Part shown: positions 1-8,309 of the stretch, one piece after another
Layout: each line of letters begins with the position of its first letter
Position numbering within the stretch: position 1 is the first letter of the stretch
Origin: Elusimicrobiota bacterium
GTDB taxonomy: Bacteria > Elusimicrobiota > Endomicrobiia > CG1-02-37-114 > JAHJSO01
Direction of reading: 5' to 3'
Assembly (NCBI GenBank): GCA_043826435.1
Contig: JBDRQF010000039.1
Location: forward strand, 1 to 19,479
Length of the DNA stretch: 19,479 nt
Notes under the pieces: generated by a model
Told to the model about the DNA's origin: nothing
The model's database searches: none
Seen by the model: the letters and a program-made list of their open reading frames with translations, nothing else
Program-made: the position numbers and the translations under genes

Positions 1-2748
1 ACACCACCGCCTTTGCCCCCAGCCGTTAAAGCAAAGAAGACGCCCTCCGCGCCTTCCATACCGGGACGCGCCGCTGTTGCAGGCGTATCGCCGGCCGTAA
101 CGGCACCGGCCCCGCCGCCGTCCATTGCAGGCAGGGGTACCCGTCCACTGGACGGGTCTGGCGAGGACTTAACCAGAAAACATTTTGAATCGCAGATTCA
201 GGAACTCCAGAGACAACTTATGGAGGAGAGAGAAAAATTACTCCTTCAAACCGTTCGCACAAAAGAAGAGGAGTCGCTTGCGAGCAGGGTTGAGGAGTCC
301 ATAAAAGACATACAGGATAAACTCAGGCGGGAAAAGAAAGAGCAGGAATTACAGGAGCAATTAAGCAGGGACGGAGACCAGATAAAAGAACTTGAAAAGC
401 GTCTGGCGGACGAACGCGAGACGTGGATGGCGACTTTCAGGAACCAACTTTCCCAGAGAGACACGGATAGCAGGGAGATAGAACAGACGTTTGAGTTGCG
501 CCTGCATGACCTGGAAAGGAAATGGCAGGATGAGAAGAACAACTGGTCCCTCACCTTAAAGCAGAAAGACGACGAGTTGGCGAAACTCAAGAGCCATCTG
601 GTCATGAGGGAAGAAGAACTGACGCGCGTTTTTGAGAAGAGGGTCGGCTCCATTGAGTCGGAAAAGAGGCGTTTTGAGGATGAATTAGATTCGTTACGCG
701 GCGGCATTACCGCCAGAGAGAAGGAATTGCTCTCACTTAAGGCGGAGGTGGCGCTTATAAATTCAAGTTTCCTTCAGGAGAGGGGGAAATTAGAAAAATA
801 CCGGGCGGTTATTGAAAAACAGAAGAAGGACAACGAACTGCTTATTGTGAAATCGGATGAAAAAGACAGGGAGTATTTTGTTTTTAAGATGAAATTGGGC
901 GCCCTGCATTCAAAAGCGAAAGCGGAAGAGGAGCGGCTGAGAAAAGAGGCGGAGGGATACAGGGAAGAACTTGGGCGGCTCAAACAGGAAGGCCAGATAG
1001 CGCAGCAGTCCCACCAGTCAAGGGATGCAGAAACATCCCGTGCGATTGAGCGCCTTGAGAGGGAAAACAGGGAACTGAAATCAGAGATGGCAGGGAAGTT
1101 GATGGCGAAAGAAGAGGAGTTAAGCAGGGTGCGGAGCGAATACGGGAAACAACTTTACGACAGGGAAACGGAGTTAAAAGATAAGCAGAGGGAATATGAG
1201 AACCAACTACATAGCAGGGAGACGGAACTGAAAGACAAGCAGAGGGAATATGAGAACCAGTTGCTGTCCTGGGAAAAACAGTTCAAGGACATGCACGCTG
1301 ACTATAATGAGAAACTGCGCGCCAGGGACGTTGCGTTCAATAGTCAGCAGATTGAGTATGAGAACAAAATAGCGGGGATGCGTTCAGGGTATGAAAGCGC
1401 TATTGCCTCCGTCCGCAGCGAACATGAAAAGAAAATCACCGACGTCCGTTCAGAATACCATGTTATATTAAAAGGAAAGGAATCCGAATACGCAGGGCTG
1501 GTTTCGGAATATGAGGAAAAGATAAAAGGGTTGAGTTCGGATGGACAACGGGTTAAAGAAGAGGCACAGTCGGCAAGGGCAATGCATTCTGCCAGGGAGA
1601 CGGAATTAAAACAGTTGATTGAGAAATTAGAACAGGAGAACAAAGCCCTGAAACTGGAAATGGGAGGCGTCCAATCAGAATACAAGGCGGAACTGCGCAG
1701 CAGGGAGGATGAGATTAATAGTTTGCGTTCGGACCATACGGAGATGTCCTCCGCCCTGGTTGAAACAAAGACGCAACTTAAATTACTTGAGGAGATGAAA
1801 AAACACCAGGAGCAGGCGACGTCGGCCAGAGAGAGGGAGAATGAGCAACTGAAGTTTGAACTTTCTAAAGCGAACGGGACAATCAGGGAGTTTGAAGAAA
1901 AACTTAAAGACATAGACAGGACGGTAGAGGGGCGGCTTGAGTCAACACAGAGGGAGTTTTTAAAACGGATTGATTACCTGGAGCAGGCGAACAGGCAGTT
2001 GCACGGCCAGGTTATAGACAGGGACGGCAGGTTAAAGGAGATGGTGGAGGAGCACAAGTCAATAAAGGACTCCCGAAGGGATGAAATTCAAAAAATTGAA
2101 AGGGAGTTTATAGAATATAAGCATCAGTACAGGGAAACGGCAGAAACGGTTTCAATGAAAGACCGTCAGATTGAAGGGTTAACCCACAGGGTGGATGGAT
2201 TACAGACGGAAATCTCGCAGAACAGGGTTCTTTTCAACAGGCAGACACAGGAATTAGCCACTGCAATTCAGGGAAAAGAGTCAATAATCAAAGAGTTAAA
2301 CGAAAAGTTATCGGCGGAACGGACCATGTTTGCAAAAGAGCAAAAAACATCTACCGACAGGTTAATGGCAGTTGAATTGAAATTGACAGAGATAGAGAGA
2401 ACGAGTGCTGCTGCCACAGAAAGGCAGAAGAATGAGATTGGAACGCTCATTAAAAAGAAAGACGAAGAGACGGAGGCGACGATTGAGAAACTTGACTTTA
2501 CCTGGAAGGAATTCCATTCAAGGTTTCTTGAGGAATACAAGGTCCTTGAAGAAAAACTTGCACTGAAAGAAAGGGAGATTGAGGAAATTCAGATAAAATT
2601 GGGTAACGGGCTGCCCGCAGTGGAGCCCGATGAACTCTTTGCCAACATTGATAAGGGGATGGATGTGGAGGGCTTTGAAAAAAAGGGAATAGCCGGAATT
2701 GTTAAAGGTCTCTGGAATTGGCTGAACAAACCGGTAGTACATATATGA
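1..2748 (+). CDS. Very long coiled-coil protein (SMC-like/intermediate-filament-like scaffold) with Pro/Ala-rich N-terminal linker and amphipathic C-terminal tail; 5'-partial
   Basis: Frame 1 is open from base 1 (ACA CCA CCG CCT TTG...), so the TTG at 13 is probably not the true start. About 800 aa is E/K/R/L/Q-rich heptad-like sequence with almost no Pro. No Walker A motif is visible. Ends KKGIAGIVKGLWNWLNKPVVHI-TGA. Confidence 0.85.
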   Translation, partial: TPPPLPPAVKAKKTPSAPSIPGRAAVAGVSPAVTAPAPPPSIAGRGTRPLDGSGEDLTRKHFESQIQELQRQLMEEREKLLLQTVRTKEEESLASRVEESIKDIQDKLRREKKEQELQEQLSRDGDQIKELEKRLADERETWMATFRNQLSQRDTDSREIEQTFELRLHDLERKWQDEKNNWSLTLKQKDDELAKLKSHLVMREEELTRVFEKRVGSIESEKRRFEDELDSLRGGITAREKELLSLKAEVALINSSFLQERGKLEKYRAVIEKQKKDNELLIVKSDEKDREYFVFKMKLGALHSKAKAEEERLRKEAEGYREELGRLKQEGQIAQQSHQSRDAETSRAIERLERENRELKSEMAGKLMAKEEELSRVRSEYGKQLYDRETELKDKQREYENQLHSRETELKDKQREYENQLLSWEKQFKDMHADYNEKLRARDVAFNSQQIEYENKIAGMRSGYESAIASVRSEHEKKITDVRSEYHVILKGKESEYAGLVSEYEEKIKGLSSDGQRVKEEAQSARAMHSARETELKQLIEKLEQENKALKLEMGGVQSEYKAELRSREDEINSLRSDHTEMSSALVETKTQLKLLEEMKKHQEQATSARERENEQLKFELSKANGTIREFEEKLKDIDRTVEGRLESTQREFLKRIDYLEQANRQLHGQVIDRDGRLKEMVEEHKSIKDSRRDEIQKIEREFIEYKHQYRETAETVSMKDRQIEGLTHRVDGLQTEISQNRVLFNRQTQELATAIQGKESIIKELNEKLSAERTMFAKEQKTSTDRLMAVELKLTEIERTSAAATERQKNEIGTLIKKKDEETEATIEKLDFTWKEFHSRFLEEYKVLEEKLALKEREIEEIQIKLGNGLPAVEPDELFANIDKGMDVEGFEKKGIAGIVKGLWNWLNKPVVHI
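1162..1263 (+). repeat. In-frame 54-nt (18-aa) tandem duplication RETELKDKQREYENQL x2
   Basis: AGGGAAACGGAGTTAAAAGATAAGCAGAGGGAATATGAGAACCAA at 1162 and AGGGAGACGGAACTGAAAGACAAGCAGAGGGAATATGAGAACCAG at 1216. The differences are synonymous. Confidence 0.9.
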
Positions 2749-2774
2749 TGAGATCATTGAAAGGTCCTATAAGC

Positions 2775-2852
2775 TGTCATTGCGAGGAGTGAAACGACGA
2801 AGCAATCCCAATTATAACAACGAGATTGCCACGCCTTCGGCTCGCAATGACA
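2775..2852. repeat. REP-like palindromic element: inverted dimer of two ~30-bp units
   Basis: TGTCATTGCGAGGAGTGAAACGACGAAGCAATC (2775-2807), a 16-nt spacer, then GATTGCCACGCCTTCGGCTCGCAATGACA (2824-2852). The outer 12 nt are perfect inverted repeats (TGTCATTGCGAG/CTCGCAATGACA). The same family occurs at 15528 and 19344. Confidence 0.9.
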
Positions 2853-2865
2853 CTTTGTGTCAAAT

Positions 2866-5800
2866 ATGAAAAGATTAATTATAGGTGTGTTTCTTGCATT
2901 TTCGGTTGTGCTGAATCGGACTGACGCGGTATTTTCAGCGCCGAATAATATTACTAATTTATCCCCTACACCATACTGGAGAAGGGTTGTGCTTACCTGG
3001 AGTGCACCCTATGATATTTCCGCCGGGACAACCCCTGTTTTGTATGAAGTGAGAACATCTACATACAGGGTTTTTGTTACCACAAATGACTGGGAGAACA
3101 ATTCAACAGAAACCGGTTACCCGTACAGAATCCAGTGGACCACTGCCACATATCAGGGTTTTCTGGAGACGCTTGTTATAACAGGACTAAAAAACGGCCA
3201 GACATATAACTTTGCAGTGAGGTCGTCCACATGGAATACAAACGATTACAACATCTGGTCGGGGCTGGACGAGACATCTCCGAGGCCACAGGCGCAGCCG
3301 GCAAACAATTCACCCCTGGCTATTTCGGCAGGGACACTGTCGCCAGTGGATGGGAGCATTGTTCCTGTTTCAACGCCCACATTTTCATGGGGCGTGCCAT
3401 TCCACCCCGCCCCCCCCGCCGACGATACGTCCTACGGCGACAAAATCAGTTCCTATACGGTTTGGTTAAGCACGATTAACGATTTTTCAATAAAAAATGT
3501 CCAGGAAAGTATCCCGACAACCTATTATTGTTTTGCATTTTCTTTGAATGAGAACACAACATATTACTGGCGGGTATTCGGTGTTGATTTAGAAGGGGCA
3601 GCAGGGCCGGTTTCTGAATACAAAAGGGTGATAATAAATGCAATGAACACACCTCCTTCAAGGGTAAATTTACTGAACCCTGCAAACGGGGGAATTATAA
3701 GCACGCTGGTCGGCGTTGAATTTGGCTGGTCATCCGCTTCTGACCCTGACCCGGGGGAGACGCTTAATTATACAATATATTATGCTTCTGTTGCAAATTT
3801 TGCTGTGGACCGCACAACTTCTATAAATACAGGTACCAACACCTATTATGATTTGACATTTTCCAGTCACGTGGTTGAAAATGCAACATACTATTGGTAT
3901 GTCCGGACAACCGATAATGGTTCAGGCGTTTTACCCTCCACATATACCGTGAGTGTTACAAGCACAGTGAGAATTGATAGCAGAGATGAACCACCGTCTA
4001 ATTTCAATTTAATCACCCCAAGTTCTGATACCGTCGTCTATACTTCAACACCGACTTTTGAATGGCAGAACTCGTTTGACCCTGATCCTGGCAATTCTCT
4101 CTGGTATCAGGTCCGTTGGTCATCAGCAACTTCAGACTTACTATCCGCTGTTTATGAATCAGACACTACCAAAACCCAGTTTATTCCACCTACAGCATTA
4201 GTAGAAAACGCCACATACTGGTGGATGCTTGTTGCCTTTTCTACTTCACCCTCATGGGGCAATACACAGCAAGAATGTTCAAGTGCATACCCCTGGTCTT
4301 TTATTGTAGATGCAGTTAATATTTTGCCCTCAATCCCCACGCTGGTTTTTCCTGAAAACGCCACATCAACTACAACCTTCAGACCACTTTTTGACTGGTC
4401 TGATTCCTACGACCCTGACCCGAGGAGTACCTTTACATACACACTGTTTTACACATCGTCCACATTCACTGCTGCATTATCAACGGCAGGGCTTACATCT
4501 TCCAAATTCACCCCCCCGTTTGACCTTATTGAAAATGCAAAATATTTCTGGAAGGTTGATGTGACTGACAACAGAGGTGGTTTGGTATCAACCACCAGCA
4601 GTTATTTCTGGGTGGATACATCAACCCAACCGCCGAATCCATTCAGTTTGATTTCTCCGTCGGATGCTGCAACGGTTAATTTTCTGAAAGTGAATTTTGA
4701 CTGGGCGGATACGACGGCCCCCGACCCGTTTGACAGTGTTTCCTGGACGATTGACTACTCTACGGACATAAATTTTGGAGTGTCCGTTTCTTCGGCAGGG
4801 CTTGTTGTGTCAAGTTGGACAATACAGACAGCACTTATCAATAACTCTACATATTACTGGAGAGTCAAGGCAGTTGGAACTTCGGGTGAACAACTCTGCA
4901 GTGAAACAACCAGGGTTTTCTGGACAACTGGCGAATTTGGATTGATTTCACCATCCAATGAAGCAACTGCGAGTTATCTGAAGGTTTCTTTTGACTGGCA
5001 GGACATTACTGACCCCGATAATGCCGACGACATTTTTGTTACATATCAGATTGATTATTCCACGGATATAAATTTCGCCGTGTCCGTTTCCTCTGCGGGG
5101 CTTGAGGCCTCCGGCTGGACGCTGCAAACAGCCCTTACCAACAATACCACATATTACTGGAGAGTGAAAGCAGTTGCAACAAGCGGAGATACATTGGCGA
5201 AAAACACAACATGGTATTTTTATACCAAAAATATGCCACCGCAGGGATTCGGGCTTATTTCGCCGTTGTCTGATATGATTATAACCGGCCCGTCTCTGGG
5301 GTTTAACTGGCAGTCGGCGTTGGATGTTGAATCCGATACCGTCACATATACGGTAGTTTATTCAACGGATGCGGGTTTTAGTGTTTTTGTTTCAAGCGCA
5401 GGGCTTTACACGACCTCTTACAGCACCTTGACATCAACGCTTCTGGAAAATTACAGATATTTCTGGAGGGTTGAGGCGTCTGACTACTGGAATAATTCCA
5501 CGCTCTCAAACGGGACATCTTCTTTCTTTGTGAATATTACATCCGAGCCGCCGGCAGCATTTTCGCTGCTGCTCCCTGCAAATTCTTCTTTTGTTTCTGC
5601 TGTGAATTTTGACTGGGCGGATACGTCTGATCCCGACCCGGGTGATTCCGTCAGATGGACGCTGTGGTATTCCACTGACCCGGGCTTTAACTATAAAAAA
5701 GAGGTCTCGGGTCTTTCTGTTTCCGATTACTCAGTGACGGAGATATTGTTAGGGCAGTCAACATACTACTGGAAGGTGAGGGCGTGGGGGCTGAATGACC

Positions 5801-6849
5801 CTGTGTCAACATTTATATGGTCAAACGAGACATTCGTTTTTTATACCCCTGCGATGCAGCCGAAAGAACCATCGGGCTTGACCGCTGAATTGAATTCAGA
5901 AGGGACATCCCTTACAATGTACTGGCAGTCGGTTACACTGAATACCGACGGGAGTATTTGTGATAATCTAACCGTGTATAAAGTTTACAGGGTGCGGAAT
6001 GTTTCTGAAATAGACACTGCGGTTGCACTCGCATCGGTTAGTTCCAACACCCTCACATATACGGACAATACAATCAGCAGAATTGACTACTTCTATTTCG
6101 TCAAGGCATTTAATATTTATAGTGTGGAGAGTAAAACATCAGAGACGGTTTTCGTTTCGCCGGCCGACGGAACAAAATACAAAGTGTTTTTGACTGACGA
6201 CAGGGAAGTCGCACTTAAAATCCCGCAGGAGACATTCTCGCAGATAAACAATGCAGATGTTGTTTTGCAGCGTCTAATCGGCGAGGAAACCGAGAGGTAT
6301 CTTCGCGTGTATGATATAAAAATAAAATCTGGCGAGAGCACCCTCACTTCTTTCAGTGATTTGCTCATCGCTGAATTCAGTTACAAAAATATTTCCGGCG
6401 TTGATGTTAATTCACTCGGCATTTCCTGGTATGACGGGATTGGCTGGAAGATAATTCCATCTGAGACGGACACGCTTGAAAAGACATTAAAAGTCAAGAC
6501 CAGGCATTTGAGTAAGTTCCGTATTGAACAACTACAGCAATACAAGGAGTTCACACTCCTGAACTGGCCGCCCTCTTCAAAAATTATTACACCCAATAAT
6601 GATGGGTATAACGACGAACTTAAAATGTATTATGTGAACCCGGAGATTAAAACAATTACAGGGAAGGTTTACGATATTTCAGGAGAATATATTTCAGAGT
6701 TAAAAAACGATACAGACGAGAGATATATCTCATGGGATGGCAGGGACAGGGATGGCTATGTTGTTTTGCCCGGGGTCTATATCTACCAGATAAAGATAGA
6801 AGGAGTTGACAGAAAGGTTATAAATGGAACGGTGGTAATCGCAAGATGA
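2866..6849 (+). CDS. Large secreted FN3/Ig-like repeat surface protein with C-terminal gliding-motility-associated/T9SS type B-like (CHU_C) sorting domain (cassette 1, gene A)
   Basis: Signal peptide MKRLIIGVFLAFSVVLNRTDAVFS (ATG 2866; alternative GTG 2857). N-terminal FN3 domain, then about 8 ~100-aa repeats (PP..F.L.SP...F.W.D..DPDP.D...Y...L.EN.TYYW.V.A), then another FN3. The C-terminus IITPNNDGYND...VYDISG...ISWDGRDRDG..V.PGVYIYQIK...GTVVIAR matches the CHU_C/type-B CTD pattern. Confidence 0.85.
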   Translation: MKRLIIGVFLAFSVVLNRTDAVFSAPNNITNLSPTPYWRRVVLTWSAPYDISAGTTPVLYEVRTSTYRVFVTTNDWENNSTETGYPYRIQWTTATYQGFLETLVITGLKNGQTYNFAVRSSTWNTNDYNIWSGLDETSPRPQAQPANNSPLAISAGTLSPVDGSIVPVSTPTFSWGVPFHPAPPADDTSYGDKISSYTVWLSTINDFSIKNVQESIPTTYYCFAFSLNENTTYYWRVFGVDLEGAAGPVSEYKRVIINAMNTPPSRVNLLNPANGGIISTLVGVEFGWSSASDPDPGETLNYTIYYASVANFAVDRTTSINTGTNTYYDLTFSSHVVENATYYWYVRTTDNGSGVLPSTYTVSVTSTVRIDSRDEPPSNFNLITPSSDTVVYTSTPTFEWQNSFDPDPGNSLWYQVRWSSATSDLLSAVYESDTTKTQFIPPTALVENATYWWMLVAFSTSPSWGNTQQECSSAYPWSFIVDAVNILPSIPTLVFPENATSTTTFRPLFDWSDSYDPDPRSTFTYTLFYTSSTFTAALSTAGLTSSKFTPPFDLIENAKYFWKVDVTDNRGGLVSTTSSYFWVDTSTQPPNPFSLISPSDAATVNFLKVNFDWADTTAPDPFDSVSWTIDYSTDINFGVSVSSAGLVVSSWTIQTALINNSTYYWRVKAVGTSGEQLCSETTRVFWTTGEFGLISPSNEATASYLKVSFDWQDITDPDNADDIFVTYQIDYSTDINFAVSVSSAGLEASGWTLQTALTNNTTYYWRVKAVATSGDTLAKNTTWYFYTKNMPPQGFGLISPLSDMIITGPSLGFNWQSALDVESDTVTYTVVYSTDAGFSVFVSSAGLYTTSYSTLTSTLLENYRYFWRVEASDYWNNSTLSNGTSSFFVNITSEPPAAFSLLLPANSSFVSAVNFDWADTSDPDPGDSVRWTLWYSTDPGFNYKKEVSGLSVSDYSVTEILLGQSTYYWKVRAWGLNDPVSTFIWSNETFVFYTPAMQPKEPSGLTAELNSEGTSLTMYWQSVTLNTDGSICDNLTVYKVYRVRNVSEIDTAVALASVSSNTLTYTDNTISRIDYFYFVKAFNIYSVESKTSETVFVSPADGTKYKVFLTDDREVALKIPQETFSQINNADVVLQRLIGEETERYLRVYDIKIKSGESTLTSFSDLLIAEFSYKNISGVDVNSLGISWYDGIGWKIIPSETDTLEKTLKVKTRHLSKFRIEQLQQYKEFTLLNWPPSSKIITPNNDGYNDELKMYYVNPEIKTITGKVYDISGEYISELKNDTDERYISWDGRDRDGYVVLPGVYIYQIKIEGVDRKVINGTVVIAR

Positions 6850-8282
6850 TACTTTTAGTCATGTTACTTTTTGCCTGTTACGTTCAGGGTTTTAACAATG
6901 TCCCGGTCGGGGCGAGGCCATCCTCTATGGGTGAGGCATTCGTCTCGCAGACGGGGTCTGTCTATTCCGCCTACTATAACCCTGCTGGGCTGGGCTTTAT
7001 GAAGAACGCTCAACTCTCCGCCGAGTACTCAAAGTTATACCAGGGGCTGGACGACGGAAGCGATCTATCTAATGGTTATTTTATTTTCGGGCTGCCGCTA
7101 GGCAGGAATAAAAATATAGTCCCGGCAGTATCTTACCACAGGTTCTCATTGACCGACCTTTACAGCGAGGAGACAATCGGGTTTTCCGCAGGGGTCGGGT
7201 TATCGCGGGCCTTTGCCATTGGCGCGGGTCTTAAATCATACGCTCTTAAATATTCCGTCGCAGGGAACAGGTATTACGAGACAGACCCGTTATTTGCAAG
7301 AGGCAGTACCGCATCCGCGTACGACATTGACGCAGGCATTTGCATTCTCCCGTTTAAGGAGTTGTCTTTCGGGCTCGGGGTGAACAATCTTTTACAGAAC
7401 TCATACGGCCTTTCTGAAGTAGATAGAGTTAAACTTGTCCGGCAGGATAGAGCAGGGGTGACTTACCTTGAAGAGGGGATGAGCGTGTCCATGGATTTTG
7501 TCCGCGACGTGTCCGTTCTCGGCAGGGAATCCGAGAAAACAATGACACGGGAAAAATCACAGATAAACTTCGGGATTGAAAAGGACATATACATGTTTGC
7601 CCTGCGGACCGGCATTGTCTGGGGTATTGACAGGGACTACAGAAAAATAACGGCAGGGCTGGGGATTAAAATATTTCCCGTGGAGATTGACTATGCGTGG
7701 GTTTTTCCTTTGAGCGGTATAGAGGACACATCCGGGACTCACAGTTTGTCTTTTGTCGTGAAATTTGCTAAAATGGGCGAAAAGGAAGAGAAATTGACGC
7801 TTGAAGTTCAGCCGGCCAGGGATACCGGGGTTTCCGAACGGCTGCCGGACATAACGACTGTGCAGAAGGACTTAATCATTTCAACGTCGCCGGCGGCAAG
7901 CCGTGAGGTTGTGCAGATGAAGGTTGAAATCTCAACCCCGGCGGCAGTCAGCCCGTCCGTGAGCCCCGTTATCGTCGCATCTACCGCCGCGCCCGTAACG
8001 GAACCGGTTGAGGAGGTGCTTTCCCCCCCGATTGCTCCTGCCGTTACGCCCACGGTTGAGGTAGCGCCAGTTTTGCCGCCGAAGCCGAAACCCCCTGCAA
8101 GGATAACCGTCCCTGCCGGGCCGAGGCCGGGGACCCACAAGGTTGTTTCGGGGGACACGCTTATGTCTCTTGCAGAAAAATATTACAGAGATAAAAGCAA
8201 ATGGGTTAAGATATACGAAGCGAACAGGGATAAAATAGACAAGGGAATATTGATACCAGGGAGTGTTCTGGTTTTGCCATAG
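6846..8282 (+). CDS. PorV/PorQ- or PorP/SprF-like outer-membrane beta-barrel with Pro/Val/Thr-rich stalk and C-terminal LysM domain (cassette 1, gene B)
   Basis: ATGA overlap with the upstream stop and a signal peptide. FadL/PorV-superfamily N-terminal motif GARPSSMGEAF...YYNPAGL. The barrel ends IDYAW...GTHSLSFVVKF. LysM: HKVVSGDTLMSLAEKYYRDKSKWVKIYEANRD...LIPGSVLVLP. Confidence 0.8.
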   Translation: MILLVMLLFACYVQGFNNVPVGARPSSMGEAFVSQTGSVYSAYYNPAGLGFMKNAQLSAEYSKLYQGLDDGSDLSNGYFIFGLPLGRNKNIVPAVSYHRFSLTDLYSEETIGFSAGVGLSRAFAIGAGLKSYALKYSVAGNRYYETDPLFARGSTASAYDIDAGICILPFKELSFGLGVNNLLQNSYGLSEVDRVKLVRQDRAGVTYLEEGMSVSMDFVRDVSVLGRESEKTMTREKSQINFGIEKDIYMFALRTGIVWGIDRDYRKITAGLGIKIFPVEIDYAWVFPLSGIEDTSGTHSLSFVVKFAKMGEKEEKLTLEVQPARDTGVSERLPDITTVQKDLIISTSPAASREVVQMKVEISTPAAVSPSVSPVIVASTAAPVTEPVEEVLSPPIAPAVTPTVEVAPVLPPKPKPPARITVPAGPRPGTHKVVSGDTLMSLAEKYYRDKSKWVKIYEANRDKIDKGILIPGSVLVLP

Positions 8283-8309
8283 CGGGCGCGCAGCCGGGAG
8301 GAGGAAACA

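Noticed and set aside
246..2540. Ser/Phe/Leu-rich minus-strand ORFs (246-707, 774-983, 1344-1913, 2268-2540; similarly 8417-8752)
   Set aside because: These are typical shadow frames of E/K-rich coiled-coil genes.
13..2748. Calling ORF1 SMC or a chromosome segregation ATPase
   Set aside because: There is no Walker A/B, signature motif or hinge in the visible sequence.
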